A stretch of 64,000 nucleotides of DNA, taken from contig NC_092374.1 of the NCBI RefSeq assembly GCF_030028105.1, forward strand, positions 176,662,057 through 176,726,056. The letters are read 5' to 3'. Made by a program: the position numbers and the translations under genes. The DNA comes from Mobula birostris (lineage: Eukaryota). Position 1 is the stretch's first letter. The number at the start of each line of letters is the position of its first letter. Of the stretch, positions 25,228-38,144 are shown piece by piece. The notes beneath the pieces are model-generated. The model was not told the DNA's origin and did not search any database. It saw nothing but the letters and a program-made list of their open reading frames with translations.

Positions 25228-26208
25228 GTATGACCTTTTGGAATACTGATGTACTCGGGAATTTGAGGGTCAAACTATAGATTCGCCCAATGTGGGAAAA
25301 GTAGTGAAAAAAAAAGTCCTTAATCAATCTGAGATACTAGAAAATCGAGAAGCAACGTTGTTGTTCCACAGAACATTTGTTGAAACATATTCGGAGTAAA
25401 TCACAAATAAGAGAAGATCTGTATATTTGGAGTAAAATGTGCATTCTTCCGTTTGCATTATAGGGAGGATATAAAGGCTATAGAAAGCATTCACAGGAAA
25501 TCCATCAGAATTTTGGTGGGATTACTGATCATGAGTCATGAGAAGTGCTCGACCAATTAGTTTCTTTGCTCTGAGCCTTTAAAAACTAATGTTGAACGGA
25601 TAGTAGTTTACAAAATCGCTTGTGGATTAATCAATCTATATTTTATTTTCTGATTGGTATTGCAAATACCAGGATGCATCCATTTATTCTGCCAGTAATA
25701 CATTTAAAGGGTGATCGTGGTATTTTTTTTTCAACTCAGACAATGTGACGTGCCTGGAAATTACCCATATGCGATGAGGTTGAAACTATTAAAACAGAAA
25801 CTTCTAAAGCATTTTTAACAATACAGAAAGGGCAGATAACTGTCTGACTTGTCAGTTCATGCGGATTAGTTTGCATTGGTAGCTTTGTTACCCTGTTATT
25901 GTGTTTTTGAGTTCTATGCTTTATGATTACTTATCTGCCCTCCCTTCGTAAATCAGATATTTTATGACACTGAAGTGATCCTTCAGGCTGTTCTGTCTGA
26001 AATGAATCTGTTTAAATTCTTTATTTCAACTCAGAGAACACATTGCTCGCATTGTTTCACTGATTATTTTTGTGTAACAGAAAACAATAATAAATTTCAT
26101 GAAATTTCAGCAATGGACAACACGCCACACAATAAGACATTAAGAGAATCATTTCCGTTCTGTTTAAATGTGCTAACTTTATCAACTTTACACATAGGTA
26201 GCTAAGTG

Positions 26209-27131
26209 CTAAACAACCACACAATGCTCCCATAAGTTACCAGTACAGAAAAAAAGTACATATTTTATCTTATTCTTCAATTCCTCCCTAAACTTTTTCT
26301 GAGATATTGCATAAATGAAGGTGTTTGTACACGCGCTCAGGCACCGTAACATGTAGCCAGAATTTTCTGCAATTGCGAAAGAGTTGAACGTATCTCTTTT
26401 CATAAACTGGGTGTCTGTAAACTGTACGTAAATGAAACATGCCAGATTTACCAACCATAAGAGAACAAAATTGGCAGATATTGCAATTAGGAGAATAATC
26501 GATTTCCTTCTGTTACCAGATTCTTGATCATTCTGACAACTCTCCTTGTTGCTTGCTCGTAGTTTGCTTCTGACTCTGTTGGACATTACAATGTTCTTTA
26601 TGGTTATAGAATTAAGAATAATAATGGACAGATACGGTGTAAATGGGGTTATTGCTGTTTCTATCCATAAGTACGCAATCCAGGAGGGTCTGGTGTAGAA
26701 ACTTGCTTTCATGAAACATGACCATGGCATCTGGTTAATTATACGCCGAGGTTCAAATATAAAATAAATCGGAATATTTTGTATGATGCCGAAAATAAAC
26801 ACGATTGCTATAACCTTCGATGCATTCTTGGGAGTACAATATTTTGTTCGTAATGACTGACAGGAAATAGAAATAAATCGATCAAATGTGAAAGCGACAG
26901 TTAACCATACAGAAAAATCAAGAGAAATATACATCATTTGTATAATGAGACTACAAATAGGCGTGTAATTGAGGAACGAATATGGAAAATACGCTTCTTT
27001 CAGTTCATTCAACATTACATTACTTGTCAAAACCATTAGGTCAGCTACTGCCATCCATACCAGGTACATGATGATGCATCTGGAGAGACCGCATTTTCCA
27101 GATGTCAGGATGACAATTGCAACCAAATTAG
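26209..27131 (-). CDS. GPR139/142-like orphan class A GPCR gene 2, exon 2 (spliced protein 330 aa)
   Basis: Acceptor ttttcttttttggcag|CT at 27132/27131, phase 1. Open frame with GKCGLS, TFDRF, YTPIC and WSC cysteines, CTNTFIY. Confidence 0.93.
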
Positions 27132-28794
27132 CTGCCAAAAAAGAAAATATATTACTTTAGCAACGCAAATCAGTCGAGAATCTACTGCGTTCGGTTGTCA
27201 TAATTTTTCGCCAGTGTTTATTTTTAATTTTTACCGATTCAGTGCTAATGAATTAACTTCAACAATATTGAAACAATATTGAAAAATGATGGCTAATATA
27301 TTCTCATATTTTGTTCTAGAACCGAAATTCATAATTGGCTGTGCGGTGTACTTAAGAAAACAACAAAACGTGGAAAAATCATTTTCGTAGCAAATGTTAA
27401 AGATTTGTTCTCCATCTCTACCCCCGCAATCGATATTGTCAACATTTTCTTCGATTTAAGAAGTCCCAGTTTGCTGTGTTCCCGTCTGTCTAAACATACT
27501 GTATTTAACCAGGCTTAGAGACATCCATTTTCTTTTAACAGTGTTGGAATTTATTTTAAAAACCTGATTGCATCGCACTTTGTCTCCAGTGTTACACCAA
27601 ATTTGATATCAGAAATCCACTGCCATCAATTATTTCTGAATAAAAGCAATGCAGTTTTGAATGGACTGAGTGGTTATCTTTTGAAATACATTGGTTTCCA
27701 GTCTCGAAGGGGAATGTGTACTTTAATGTATTACCAAAAAGTGAATACAATATCCTGACATCTTAATATTTATTCAACTATCGTCCCCGTGAATCTGTTA
27801 CATTCTGATAAATATTTACAGGAAGTGGCTCAAATCACTTAGCAAATATGAATATACGTGAAAAACCTTCCTTCATGTGATCCCCATATACATTTATTTT
27901 GTATATATTAAAACGCAATTATAGTTAGAATGTCGCAATTCCACAGTTTGTTAAACTTATCACCTAGTTGGAAGTTTTCGTTGTATCTGACCGGTTAAGC
28001 TTGTGTTACTATTTTTTTTCAAATAGTAATGCAATGTAAATCTATCCGGTATCACAAAGTTGTTTTGAGTAATAGCTCAGGTTTCATCAAATTGAAAATA
28101 TTAGTTACTGCCAGGTGTATGCGTTAATCAGCTGCATTGCATGATTAAGATCGAACGTATTGAGTATTAAAATGAAAGAGGAATCACCGCCTTACAGGTT
28201 AGTTTCTACCATGACTTCGGAAATTGAAATTAGAAACTCACCTTAACGCTACGCACAATAATTAGTTAGGCACGGGATATTGACTTTCCCATAGGCAGAA
28301 AGTATTCACTGGCGTGTAAAGAAAACACGAAAAATGTACGAAATACTGCAGTCTTAAATCAATCCTTCATTTGAAGCGTGAAATCCGCCCTTCATAGAGC
28401 AGACTCTTATTTGGTAGGAGCGGAAACATGTTGCAGTTTGGACATGAATAAAATGAAATACATCATTTCGCCCGTTCATAAATACTTTCACATGTTTTCA
28501 TTTTGCTCTGTCAATGCAGTGTTTAAACTACCTAGAAACGATATTAATCAAATATCGCTGTGATGATTGTACGTTCTAGTGTCAATTGTTTGGCGACAAT
28601 TAAGTATAAAGTATAAAGTACTACCGAACCATTTACTCTTTGATGATAGCCAGTCAATGTAATTTATATATCGGAATGGCGTTAGCTGTAGCATTCCAAA
28701 GGAATTGAAAAACTCTTTTTCATCGACAGTTTTGTCGTTGATTGATACTGTCGAAAGTGATGCATGTTAAAATACATTTTTATAAACAACTTAC

Positions 28795-28864
28795 CTGGAA
28801 TCCCAATTGCGCCAAGCATTGGATAGTAAATTGCTTTTATCTGTTGGATTATATGTTTGTCCAT
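28795..28864 (-). CDS. GPR139/142-like GPCR gene 2, exon 1 (70 nt; alternative ATG 6 nt upstream)
   Basis: MDKHIIQQIKAIYYPMLGAIGIP-G|gtaagt. 70+923 = 993 nt, in frame. Confidence 0.88.
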
Positions 28865-29419
28865 AATCATAAAGAAGCTATGTTTCTGTACAGTCCAACA
28901 ACTACACGAACATCGCAATTTTTAAATTTGCTGTTACTTATGTTTCAGAGGACCTTCCAATGGGAATTGTCACATACGAGATTGAGATTACTATGATACA
29001 TCAATTGCGCAATGCTTTCTGCAGGCATATGAACACGGTTAGATTGATAAGCTGTACACAGGTATTTCATCATTTTCATTTGACAACAAATGAGAACTGA
29101 TGGTGTATCCAAATATTAGTTGAACATACCTTCACGGCATGATCTGTGGAGTAAAGGAAATTTGTTTTACTTTCGTTGTACCAAGTATTGTTCTCCGCCG
29201 CATTTTATGTCTGCCATGTATCACTGATACCTAAGTTCTGAAGCGTAATTTATCACATAATGTTAAACAGCAATAAAAATAAATCACTCGAATACTGTGG
29301 CGCACGTTGAAAATTTCTCAGATATGTTTAAGAAACGCTATCCTTGAAAAACACACTAAAGCGACAAACAAGCATATAAAAAAAGAGAACTATTTAAAAG
29401 GGTTATATTCGTTTGCAGA

Positions 29420-30000
29420 TGCATGCATATGATAATGCAGATGGAATAAACAATGATCTTTTAAGAATTGGTAGATTCTGACGCTGTATCGCATGACTGG
29501 AAAATTGGAAATATTACTCCGCTATTTAAGAAGGGTAGAAGGCAGCAGAAAGGAATCTAAAGTCTTGTTATCTTGACATCAGTGGTTGGGAAGTTGTTGG
29601 AATCGATTATTAGGGATGGGATTACGGAGTACCCGGAGGCACATGATACGATAGGCCAAAACCATCATGGGTTCCTGAAAGGAAACTCCTGCCTAACTAA
29701 CTACTACAATTTTTTGAGGAAGTTACAAGCAGGGTAGACCAAAGAGATGCAGTGGATGCGGTGTACTTGGCTCTTCAGAAGGCTTTTGACAAGGTGCCGC
29801 ACATGAGGCTGCTGAGCAAGATAAGTGCAAATAGAATTACTGGTGACTTACGAGCATGAGTGGAGCATTGGCTGATCGGCAAAAATATACAGAGTGGGAA
29901 TAAAGAGATCCTATTCTGGCTGACTGCTGGTTTTCAGTGGAGTTCCACATGGATCGGTGTTGGGACCACTGCTGCTTACAATGATATTGTCAATATTAAA
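29420..30000 (+). mobile_element. CR1 RT fragment
   Basis: HGFLKGNSCLTN...F; ttcagaaggcttttgacaaggtgccgcac (FQKAFDKVPH). Confidence 0.8.
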
Positions 30001-30906
30001 CCGATCCGCAGTGCCAAAAAGGTTGGGGACCCCTGTCATAGCTGATTAAGTTTAAGTTCAAGAATAATTGTCATTCAACCATACGTGAGTACATATATGA
30101 GGATCATGTGCAATGTTAGTTTTGTAATTTCCAGTGAGGAATAGATATGTAATCAGATTAAGGGAATAAATAAAATAATACGGTTGTTGTCAAGGGCGAT
30201 TTCATATGCGGTACTTTAAATTCGTTTTGTCCAGCAGCGTTTGTTAAATTGCGTTTAACAAAGACTTATTGTTTACTAAAGACATTTGGCTGCCCCCACT
30301 ACCTCCAATCGCACAGTCATCTTACTGGAAGATTATTATCCCTCTCAACCCCATTTTCCTGCTTTTTTTCGACGGAGCATTTGACGCTCTTACTATTCAT
30401 GAAACCTCCGCTTTCAGTATATCCAACGACTTACCATCCACAGCCGTTTGTGTGAATAAATTTCATGGTTTTCTCCCTTTTGGCTAAAGAAATTTCTCTT
30501 TATTTTTGTTCTAAGTGAATGTCCCCCAATTCTCGGCCTGTGTCCGGTGGTCCGAATACTCCTCCACTATAAGACTCATTCTCTCTCCATCCTCTCATTC
30601 ACTTTACGATAGGTTTCAATGAGATTGCCCACCCCATTCTTCTGAGGTCCCGCGAGTACAGGCCCAGAGACAGAAAATGGTCCTCATATGTTAACCCATT
30701 CATTCCCGCAATCATTCTCATAAGCTGCTGTAGACACCTTCCAATGTCAGCACATTTTTCCTAATAAATTTAAGTGACCATTCTGCTAATTTGACGATGT
30801 CTGTCTGCAGAATCTCTGCTTCCTCAACACTACCTGCTGTGCCACCTATCTTCGGATCATCGGGAAACTTGGTAATAAAGCCACAATGCTAGCATCCAAA
30901 TTATTA

Positions 30907-33900
30907 CATAGAAAACATGGAAAACGTAGAAAATAGGTGCAGGAGTAGGCCATTCGGCCCTTCGAGCCTGCATCGCCATTCAGTATGATCATGGCTGATC
31001 ATCCAATTCAGAACCCTGTACCAGCCTTCCCCCCATACCCCCGATCTCTTTAGCCACAAGGGCAATATCTAACTCCCTCTTAAATATAGCCAATGAACTG
31101 GCCTCAACTGTTTCCTGTGGCAGAGATTTCCACAGATTCACCTCTCTCTGTGCGAAGAGGTTTTTCCTAATCTCGGTCCTAAAAGGCTTCCCCTTTATCC
31201 TCAAACTGTGACCCCTCGTTCTGGACTTCCCCAACATCGGGAACAATCTTCCTGCATCTAGCCTGTCCAATCCCTTTAGGATTTCATACGTTTCAATAAG
31301 ATCCCCCGTCACATCTTCTAAATTCCAACGAGTATACGCCTAGTTGATCCAGTCTTTCCTCATATGAAAGTCCTGCCATCCCAGGATTCAATCTGCTGAA
31401 CCTTCTTTGTACTCCCTCTATGGCAAGGATGTCTTTCCTCAGATTAGGGGACCAAAACTGCACACAATACTCCAGGTGTGGTCTCACCAAGGCCTTGTAC
31501 AACTGCAGTAGTACCTCCCTGCTCCTGTACTCGAATCCTCTTGCTATAAATGCCAGCATACCATTCGCCTTTTTCACTGCCTGCTGTATCTGCAGGCCCA
31601 CTTTCAATGACTGATGTATAAGGACACCCAGGTCTCGTTGCATCTCCACTTTTCCTAATTGGCCACCATTCACATAATAATCTGTTTTCCTGTTTTTGCC
31701 ACCAAAGTGAATAACCTCACATTCATCCACATTAAATTGCATCTGTCATGACTTTGCCCACTCATCTAACCTATCCAAGTCACCCTGCATCCTCTTAGCA
31801 TCCTCCTCACAGCTAACACTGCCACCCAGCTTCGTGTCATCCGCAAACTTGGAGATGCTGCATTTAATTCCCTCATCTAAGTCATTAATATATATTGTAA
31901 ACAACTGGGGTCCCAGCACTGAGCCTTGCGGTACCCCACTAGTTACTGCCTGCCATTCTGAAAAGGTCCCTTTTATTCCCACCCTTTGCTTCCTGTCTGC
32001 CAACCAATTCTCTATCCACATCAATACCTTACCCCCAATACCGTGTGCTTTAAGTTTGCACACTAATCTCCTGTGTGGGGCCTTGTCAAAAGCCTTTTGA
32101 AAATCCAAATATAACACATCCACTGGTTCTCCCCTATCCACTCTACTACTTACATCCTCAAAAAATTCTATGAGATTCGTCAGACATGATTTTCCTTTCA
32201 CAAATCCATGCTGACTTTGTCCGATCATTTCACCGCTTTCCAAATGTGCTGTTATCACATCTTTGATAACTGACGCTAGCATTTTCCCCACCACCGATGT
32301 TAGGCTAACCAGTCTATAATTCCCCGGTTTCTCTCTCCCTCCTTTTTTAAAAAGTAGGGTTACATTAGTCACCGTCCAATCCTCAGGAACTAGTCCAGAA
32401 TCTACAGAGTTTTGAAAAATTATCACTAATGCATCCACTATTTCTTGGGCTACCTCCTTAAACACTCTGGGATGCAGACCATCTGGCCTTGGGGATTTAT
32501 CTGCCTTTAATCCCTTCAATTTTCCTAACACCACTTACCTACTAAATGTATTTCCCTCAGTTCCTCCATCTCACTGGACCCTCTGTCCCCTACTATTTCC
32601 GGAAAATTGTTTATGTCCTCCTTATTGAAGACAGAACCAAAGTAGTTATTCAATTGGTCTGCCATATCCTTGCTCCCCATAATCAATTCACCTGTTCCTG
32701 TTTGTCAGGGACCTACATTTGTCTTTACCAATCTTTTTCTTTTCACATATCTATAAAAGCTTTTACAGTCAGTTTTTATGTTCCCTGCCAGTTTTCTCTC
32801 ATAATCCTTTTTCCCTTTCCTAATTAAGCCCTTTGTCCTCCTCTGCTGGACTCTGAATTTCTCCCAGTCCTCAGGTGAGCCACTTTTTCTGGCTAATTTG
32901 TATGTTTCTTCTTTGGAATTGATACTATCCCTAATTTCCCTTGTCAGCCACGGGTGCACTACCTTCACTGATTTATTCTTTTGCCAAGCTGGGATAAACA
33001 ATTGTTGTAGTTCATCCATGCGATCTTTAAATGCTTGCCATTGCATAACCACCGTCAACCCTTTAAGTGTCATTTGCCAGTCTATCTTAGCTAATTCACG
33101 TCTCATACCTTCAAAGTTACCCTTCTTTAAGTTCAGAACCTTGGTTTCTGAATTAATGATGTCACTCTCCATCTTAATGAAGAATTCCACCATATTATGG
33201 TCACTCTTACCCAAGGGGCCTCTCACGACAAGATTGCTAATTAACCCTTCCTCATTGCTCAATACCCAGTCTAGAATAGCCTGCTCTCTAGTTGGTTCCT
33301 CAACATGTTGGTTCAAAAAACCATCCCACATACATTCCAAGAAATCCTCTTCCTCAGGACCCTTACCAATTTGGTTCACCCAATCTATATGGAGATTGAA
33401 GTCACCCATTATGACTGCTGTTCCTTTATTGCACGCATTTCTAATTTCCTGTTTAATACCACCCCCAACCTCACTACTACTGTTAGGTGGCCTGTACACA
33501 ACTCCCACCGGAGTTTTCTGCCCCTTAGTGTTATGCAGCTCTACCCATACCAATTCCACATCCTCCCGGCTAATGTCCTGCCTTTCTATTGCGTTAATCT
33601 CCTCTCTAACCAGCAATACTACCCCATCTCCTTTTCTTTCATGTCTATCCCTCCTGAATATTGAATATCCCTGAATGTTGAGCTCCCAACCTTGGTCACC
33701 CTGGAGCCATGTCTCTGTGATCCCAACTATATCATATTCATTAATAACAATCTGCACTTTTAATTCATCCACCTTGTTACGAATGCTCCTTGCATTGACA
33801 CACAAAGCCTTCAGGCTCGCTTTTACAACACTCTTAGCCCTTATACAATTATGTTGAAAAGTTGCCCTTTTTGATTTTTGCCCTGGATTTGCCGGCCTGC

Positions 33901-34926
33901 CACTTTTACTTTTCACCTTACTACTTTTTGCTTCTACCCTCATTCTACACCCCTCTGTCTCTCTGCACTTGTTCCCATCCCCCTGTTGTGAATTAACCTC
34001 CTCTCTCCTAGCCTCTTTAATTTCATTCCCACCCGCCAACCATTCTAGTTTAAAGTCACCTCAGTAGCCCTCGCAAATCTCCCCGCCAGGATATTGGTCC
34101 CCTAGGATTCAAGTATAACCCGTCCTTTTTGTACAGGTCACACCTGCACCAAAAGAGGTCCCAATGATCCAAAAACTTGAATCCTTGCCCCCTGCTCCAA
34201 TCCCTCAGCCACGCATTTATCCTTCATCTCATTACATTCCTACTCTCACTGTCGCGTGGCACAGGCAGTAATCCCGAGATTACTAATTTTGCGGTCCGTT
34301 TTGTCAACTCCCTTCCTAACTCCCTGTATTCTCCTTTCAGGACCTCTTCCCTTTTCCTACCTATGTCATTGTTACCTATATGTACCACGACCTCTGGCTC
34401 CTTACCCTCCCACTTCAGGATATCTTGAACGCGATCAGAAATATCCCGGACCCTGGCATCATGGAGGCAAACTACCATCCGGGTCTCTGGACCGCGTCCA
34501 CAGAATCGCCTATCTGACCCCCTTACTATCGAGTCCCCTATTACAACTGCCCTCATCTTCCTTTCCCCACCCTTCTGAGCTACTGGGCCGGACTCTGTGC
34601 CGGAGGCACGGCCACTGTCGCTTGCCACAGGTAAGCCGTCCCTCCCAACAGTACTCAAACAGGAGTACCTATTGTCAGGGGGCCAGCCACCGGGATACTC
34701 TCTATTACCTGACTCTTCCCCTTCCCTCTCCTAACCGTGACCCACTTGTCTGCCTCCCGTGGCCCCGAAGTGACCACCTGCCTGTAACTCCTCTCTATCA
34801 ACTCCTCACTCTCCCTGACCAGACGAAGGTCATCGAGCTGCAGCTGCAGTTCCCTAACGCGGTCCCTCAGGAGTTGCATCTCGGCGCACCTGGCGCAGAT
34901 GTGGTCGTCCGGGAGGCTTGGAGACA
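30907..34926 (-). mobile_element. Young, near full-length CR1 LINE (5' truncated ORF1 with zinc-finger remnant and SGNH esterase; ORF2 APE plus RT broken by a few frameshifts)
   Basis: ORFs 34655-34927 (CARC..LRDRVRELQ), 34224-34658 (VVIGDSIVRG, VHIGNND), 32705-34039 (ITETW, MGDFN, SDH), 31746-32534 (FQKAFD, QGSVLGP, FADD), 31293-31742, 30989-31312. ttctat-like tail. Confidence 0.95.
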
Positions 34927-35010
34927 TATTACGTGAAAAGAAGCGGTCTGTACACCAAGCTCTGAGGAATATAACTCGTCACAGTCAGGCAACCAGAGAG
35001 CTTGTTCATA

Positions 35011-35080
35011 ATGTTGCTTCCTCGTTTACTGATTCGGTAGAAGTTTTACTGCTCGATTTTTGCGCATTTTGAACCATCTG
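35011..35080 (+). pseudogene. GPR139-like pseudogene psi3, exon 1
   Basis: Exactly 70 nt: MLLPRLLIR*KFYCSIFAHFEPS-G, positionally matching M..LLI..IYYPIL..IGVP-G. In-frame stop and degraded donor. Confidence 0.55.
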
Positions 35081-35556
35081 GGTAGTTTTAACGTTGGACT
35101 GCGGTACTGAACAAGAGCATTTGCAACAAGAAGAGTATTTTCGTTTCATTAAAAATAACAGGCAGTTGGCTATTAATTCTAACAAACGGAGTGATGTTCG
35201 GGAAGTGTTCCAGAGAAGTTGATGTTAACATCGCAATACTGTACTTTATACTTTTCTAAAGTCATGATTATAAATTAGCAGCCAATCCTCAATAAGATGG
35301 CAGATCATTGAATCGCCAGCGAGAATGCTGACTATTTGGCAATATTGCCTGAGTTTGATACATGGATTTATCTTCATGCAAATTAAAGTGACCGCCAAGT
35401 GAAATTGGCCGCTGACAATCGTTGAATCCACTTTTGACATAAATGAATTTCTTCCCTTATACAAATAAAAGAATGTTAAACGAAGTATGAAGGGCTTAGA
35501 CTAAAAGCTTTAAATGAAGGTTTGACTGAGGTATTTATTCTTGTGTATTCAAACAG

Positions 35557-37215
35557 TCAATTTATGATTTTCTGCATTTACAGATAGTCTTCGGCAATTG
35601 TTATTCTATCTCGTGGGAAGCGCAGTCATTCAAAATGCATCACTCATTATCATTCGTCGGCTGTGCAAATCCAGGGAACACAATGTCTGGCCCCGCCAAA
35701 CCTGTAAGATTGAGGCACGAGCCCACCCCAAAAACCCCTGTTCGTGTGGATGCTGCCTGATTCGTTACCCTGTTACAGATAAGTATCACAAAATAACAGA
35801 CAGTACACCCCACACAATTTTTTTTTTTAAAAAAAGCTTTATACTTCTTAATTTGACTAAAGGTTTAGTAACGAAAGAACAAAACAAGAAAAGGGCCCAT
35901 TTGAATGAAACAGTCTAATGTGTACAAATTGGAGTTCACGGTTTCACTTCGCCGATCCTCCTTCAATCTCAGCCCGGGCTTCGTCGAATCACAGCCCCGC
36001 TCCGGGTCGAACCCTACGACCTCTTCTCCCGGGCGTCTTCTCTCTTCATCTCCATAACAAAAGCCCCAAAACCAACCTTAAATTCTTCTATCTCTTATCT
36101 TCAACAGTAACCCAAACAGGCAGCTTGCACTGAACAGCACAAATTAAATACAGAGTAGCATAACAGTAACGAAATATGAACCAGGGCATTACAGTTGCAA
36201 TGGCTGTGGAAGATCGACTGGTGATAACAACACTTGCTGTAATATTATATGAGGTGAATGATGTTATGTTTTGTAAGTTCAAAACATTAAACTAATTCAA
36301 AGGAAGACAAAGGAGTACGAAAAAAGTGGGTGCAGCTTCGTCTTTAAGTGGTTCCCTCGTATATCCGGTAATAGCGTGATGACGTATGCAATTAATGTAT
36401 TTATACATATAATCCATAATGAATTATTTAAACGAACAGGAAAGTTTAATCCACCACGATATACTCGAGATTACGCAAGAATAACTAAAATATTAAATAC
36501 ACAACAAATAGCGTGTTTTCCATGTGCAGCCTCAAGATCACTATTTTTTTCAGCCTTAGATTGCTCCATGTGATCGATTGATTACCATTTGTTGACAGAA
36601 CCTGAGAACACTCTACAGTATTACGCTGAGGAAACTGCAGCTGTGGTTATAATGATTAAAGTTGGATTTAGTTTCGTACAAAATATGCCAATTAACTTTG
36701 AAAATGAACACTTGGGAACTTATTCGCAATGCTCTCTGGTTTTGCAAAGAGGTCTCATCCGTATAGTTTACCAACATAGATTGCATACTTTCTTTTAGAC
36801 ATCGCCTTAACAACTTTTGAGCCATTTTCATTGGCTGTGCTCTTTAATGCTCTGACCATCCAGCATATATTATGGGGCAATAAGCTCAGAAAGTGACATG
36901 AGGAGACAGAATTAGGTAAGCTTGCAATGGTCCACAGTATATGAACCGCAGGAATTCGATGATATTACTTCTCTCTATCTCTAGCTGTTTTACTCTGTTT
37001 TGGCTGGTAACATCTATGCAGAATTTCCAGAGATTTAGGGTACGCTCACAGATTGTAATGATTTAATCGATATCATGGAACATATTGTGCATATGCTTCA
37101 GTGTCTCAGTTCGTATACGGATTTACTTTAAGTGATGGCTCGGGTTAAATTGAGAAAAAAAAACATTGGTGAAAGCTATTAAAAACCCCTTCAATTTATT
37201 TTTCAAACCGTGGGA
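35557..37215 (+). pseudogene. GPR139-like pseudogene psi3, exon 2, interrupted by a solo LTR and a ~225-bp insert
   Basis: aaacag|TC AAT TTA (VNL); AIVILSRGKRSHSKCITHY | LTR | VAMAVEDRLVITTLAVILYEV; PMCSL..ALDCSM; DRLITIC*QNLRT; QNMPI; ALWFC; LFNALTIQHI; NRRNSMILLLSISSCFTLFWLV; HMLQCLSSYT. Confidence 0.9.
35652..36193 (-). mobile_element. Solo LTR, family A, inserted in the psi3 coding exon
   Basis: Shares blocks with the 42.2/44.2-kb LTRs and ends cagggcattaca. GPCR codons stop at TAT C and resume at GTT GCA ATG. Confidence 0.85.
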
Positions 37216-37364
37216 ATAAAGTTGAAGTAGAACGTAATCCATCTTCAGATTTGAGATCGAGTCTCATTAATGATATTTCAGTACAAATTCTTTCTCACGT
37301 GTTCATAATGAAATTGTTTCAACAAAGCTAATACAGATACAGAATTGGGACTTTTTAAAATTAT

Positions 37365-37635
37365 CTGTAGGGCATTTCAGAAGTAGTTAAATAGGCATCC
37401 GTTAGTCTCATGAGACCATGGATTTGCGCCTTCGAAGGTTTCCCCGGCAGTTGCCTATGCTGCGAGTCTCCCCTCTCCACGCCACCGATGTTGTCTAAGG
37501 GAAGGGCACCGGTGTCATTGCAGAGCAATGTGTGGTTAACTGCCTTGCTCAAGGACACAACACGCTGCCTCAGCTGAGGCTTGAATTAGCGACTGTCAGA
37601 TCACTAGACCGACGCCTTATCCAGCTGGCCACGTG
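37365..37635 (-). mobile_element. tRNA-derived SINE with CORE-like centre and LINE-type tail
   Basis: Minus strand: A/B-box-like head cacgtggccagctggataaggcg...attcaagcc, then gtgttgtgtccttgagcaaggca, ending catgagactaacggatgcc. Confidence 0.7.
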
Positions 37636-37721
37636 AAGTAGTTATCAGCGCATTATTTCATGTTGAAATCCCATCTATAGGGACTGTAGCAATGGGCGTC
37701 GCAAATTTCATGCTGTCAAAA

Positions 37722-37796
37722 TTGACTCTATTTAAACGACGTCAGTAAGCATAATATTTTCATTATGCTTACTGACGTCACACTTAAAATAGTCAA
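37722..37796. repeat. Palindrome: perfect 18-bp arms, 6-nt loop, imperfect extension; contains a CRE-type TGACGTCA
   Basis: gacgtcagtaagcataat (37738-37755) and attatgcttactgacgtc (37762-37779). Outer ttgact...agtcaa. Confidence 0.85.
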
Positions 37797-38144
37797 ACAC
37801 AACTGAAAAACTTTCCGTCTATCCTGTCACAAAAAAAAGTACAGGATGCTGCCAAAGGGTCTCAGCCCGAAAAGGCGACTGCATTTTTTCCCATAGATGC
37901 TGCCTGGCCTGCTTAAGTCCTCCGGTATTGCCATGTACCCTGCTCCTACTCCTGTTCTCTTTCTCTTCTCAACCAAAACCATCGTGATAAAGGGTTAAAC
38001 AAGTTAAATGATGAACACCATTACAATCTCAAGCTGGTGTCAATGCATTTTATAAAATATCTTTGCCAGAGCATAGAATATAGACCATAGAATATCAATC
38101 TTCCATCTTCTTATTTAAATAAAAGAGCTTTCAGATTTTTTCCT

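Noticed and set aside
32898-34936. Long plus-strand ORFs (258 and 226 aa)
   Set aside because: Antisense shadows of CR1 ORF1/ORF2.
36421-36480. GKFNPPRYTRDY as a decayed GKCGLSRCITRY
   Set aside because: The true GKxxxSKCITHY segment of psi3 lies at ~35615-35650; this word falls inside the unrelated insert.
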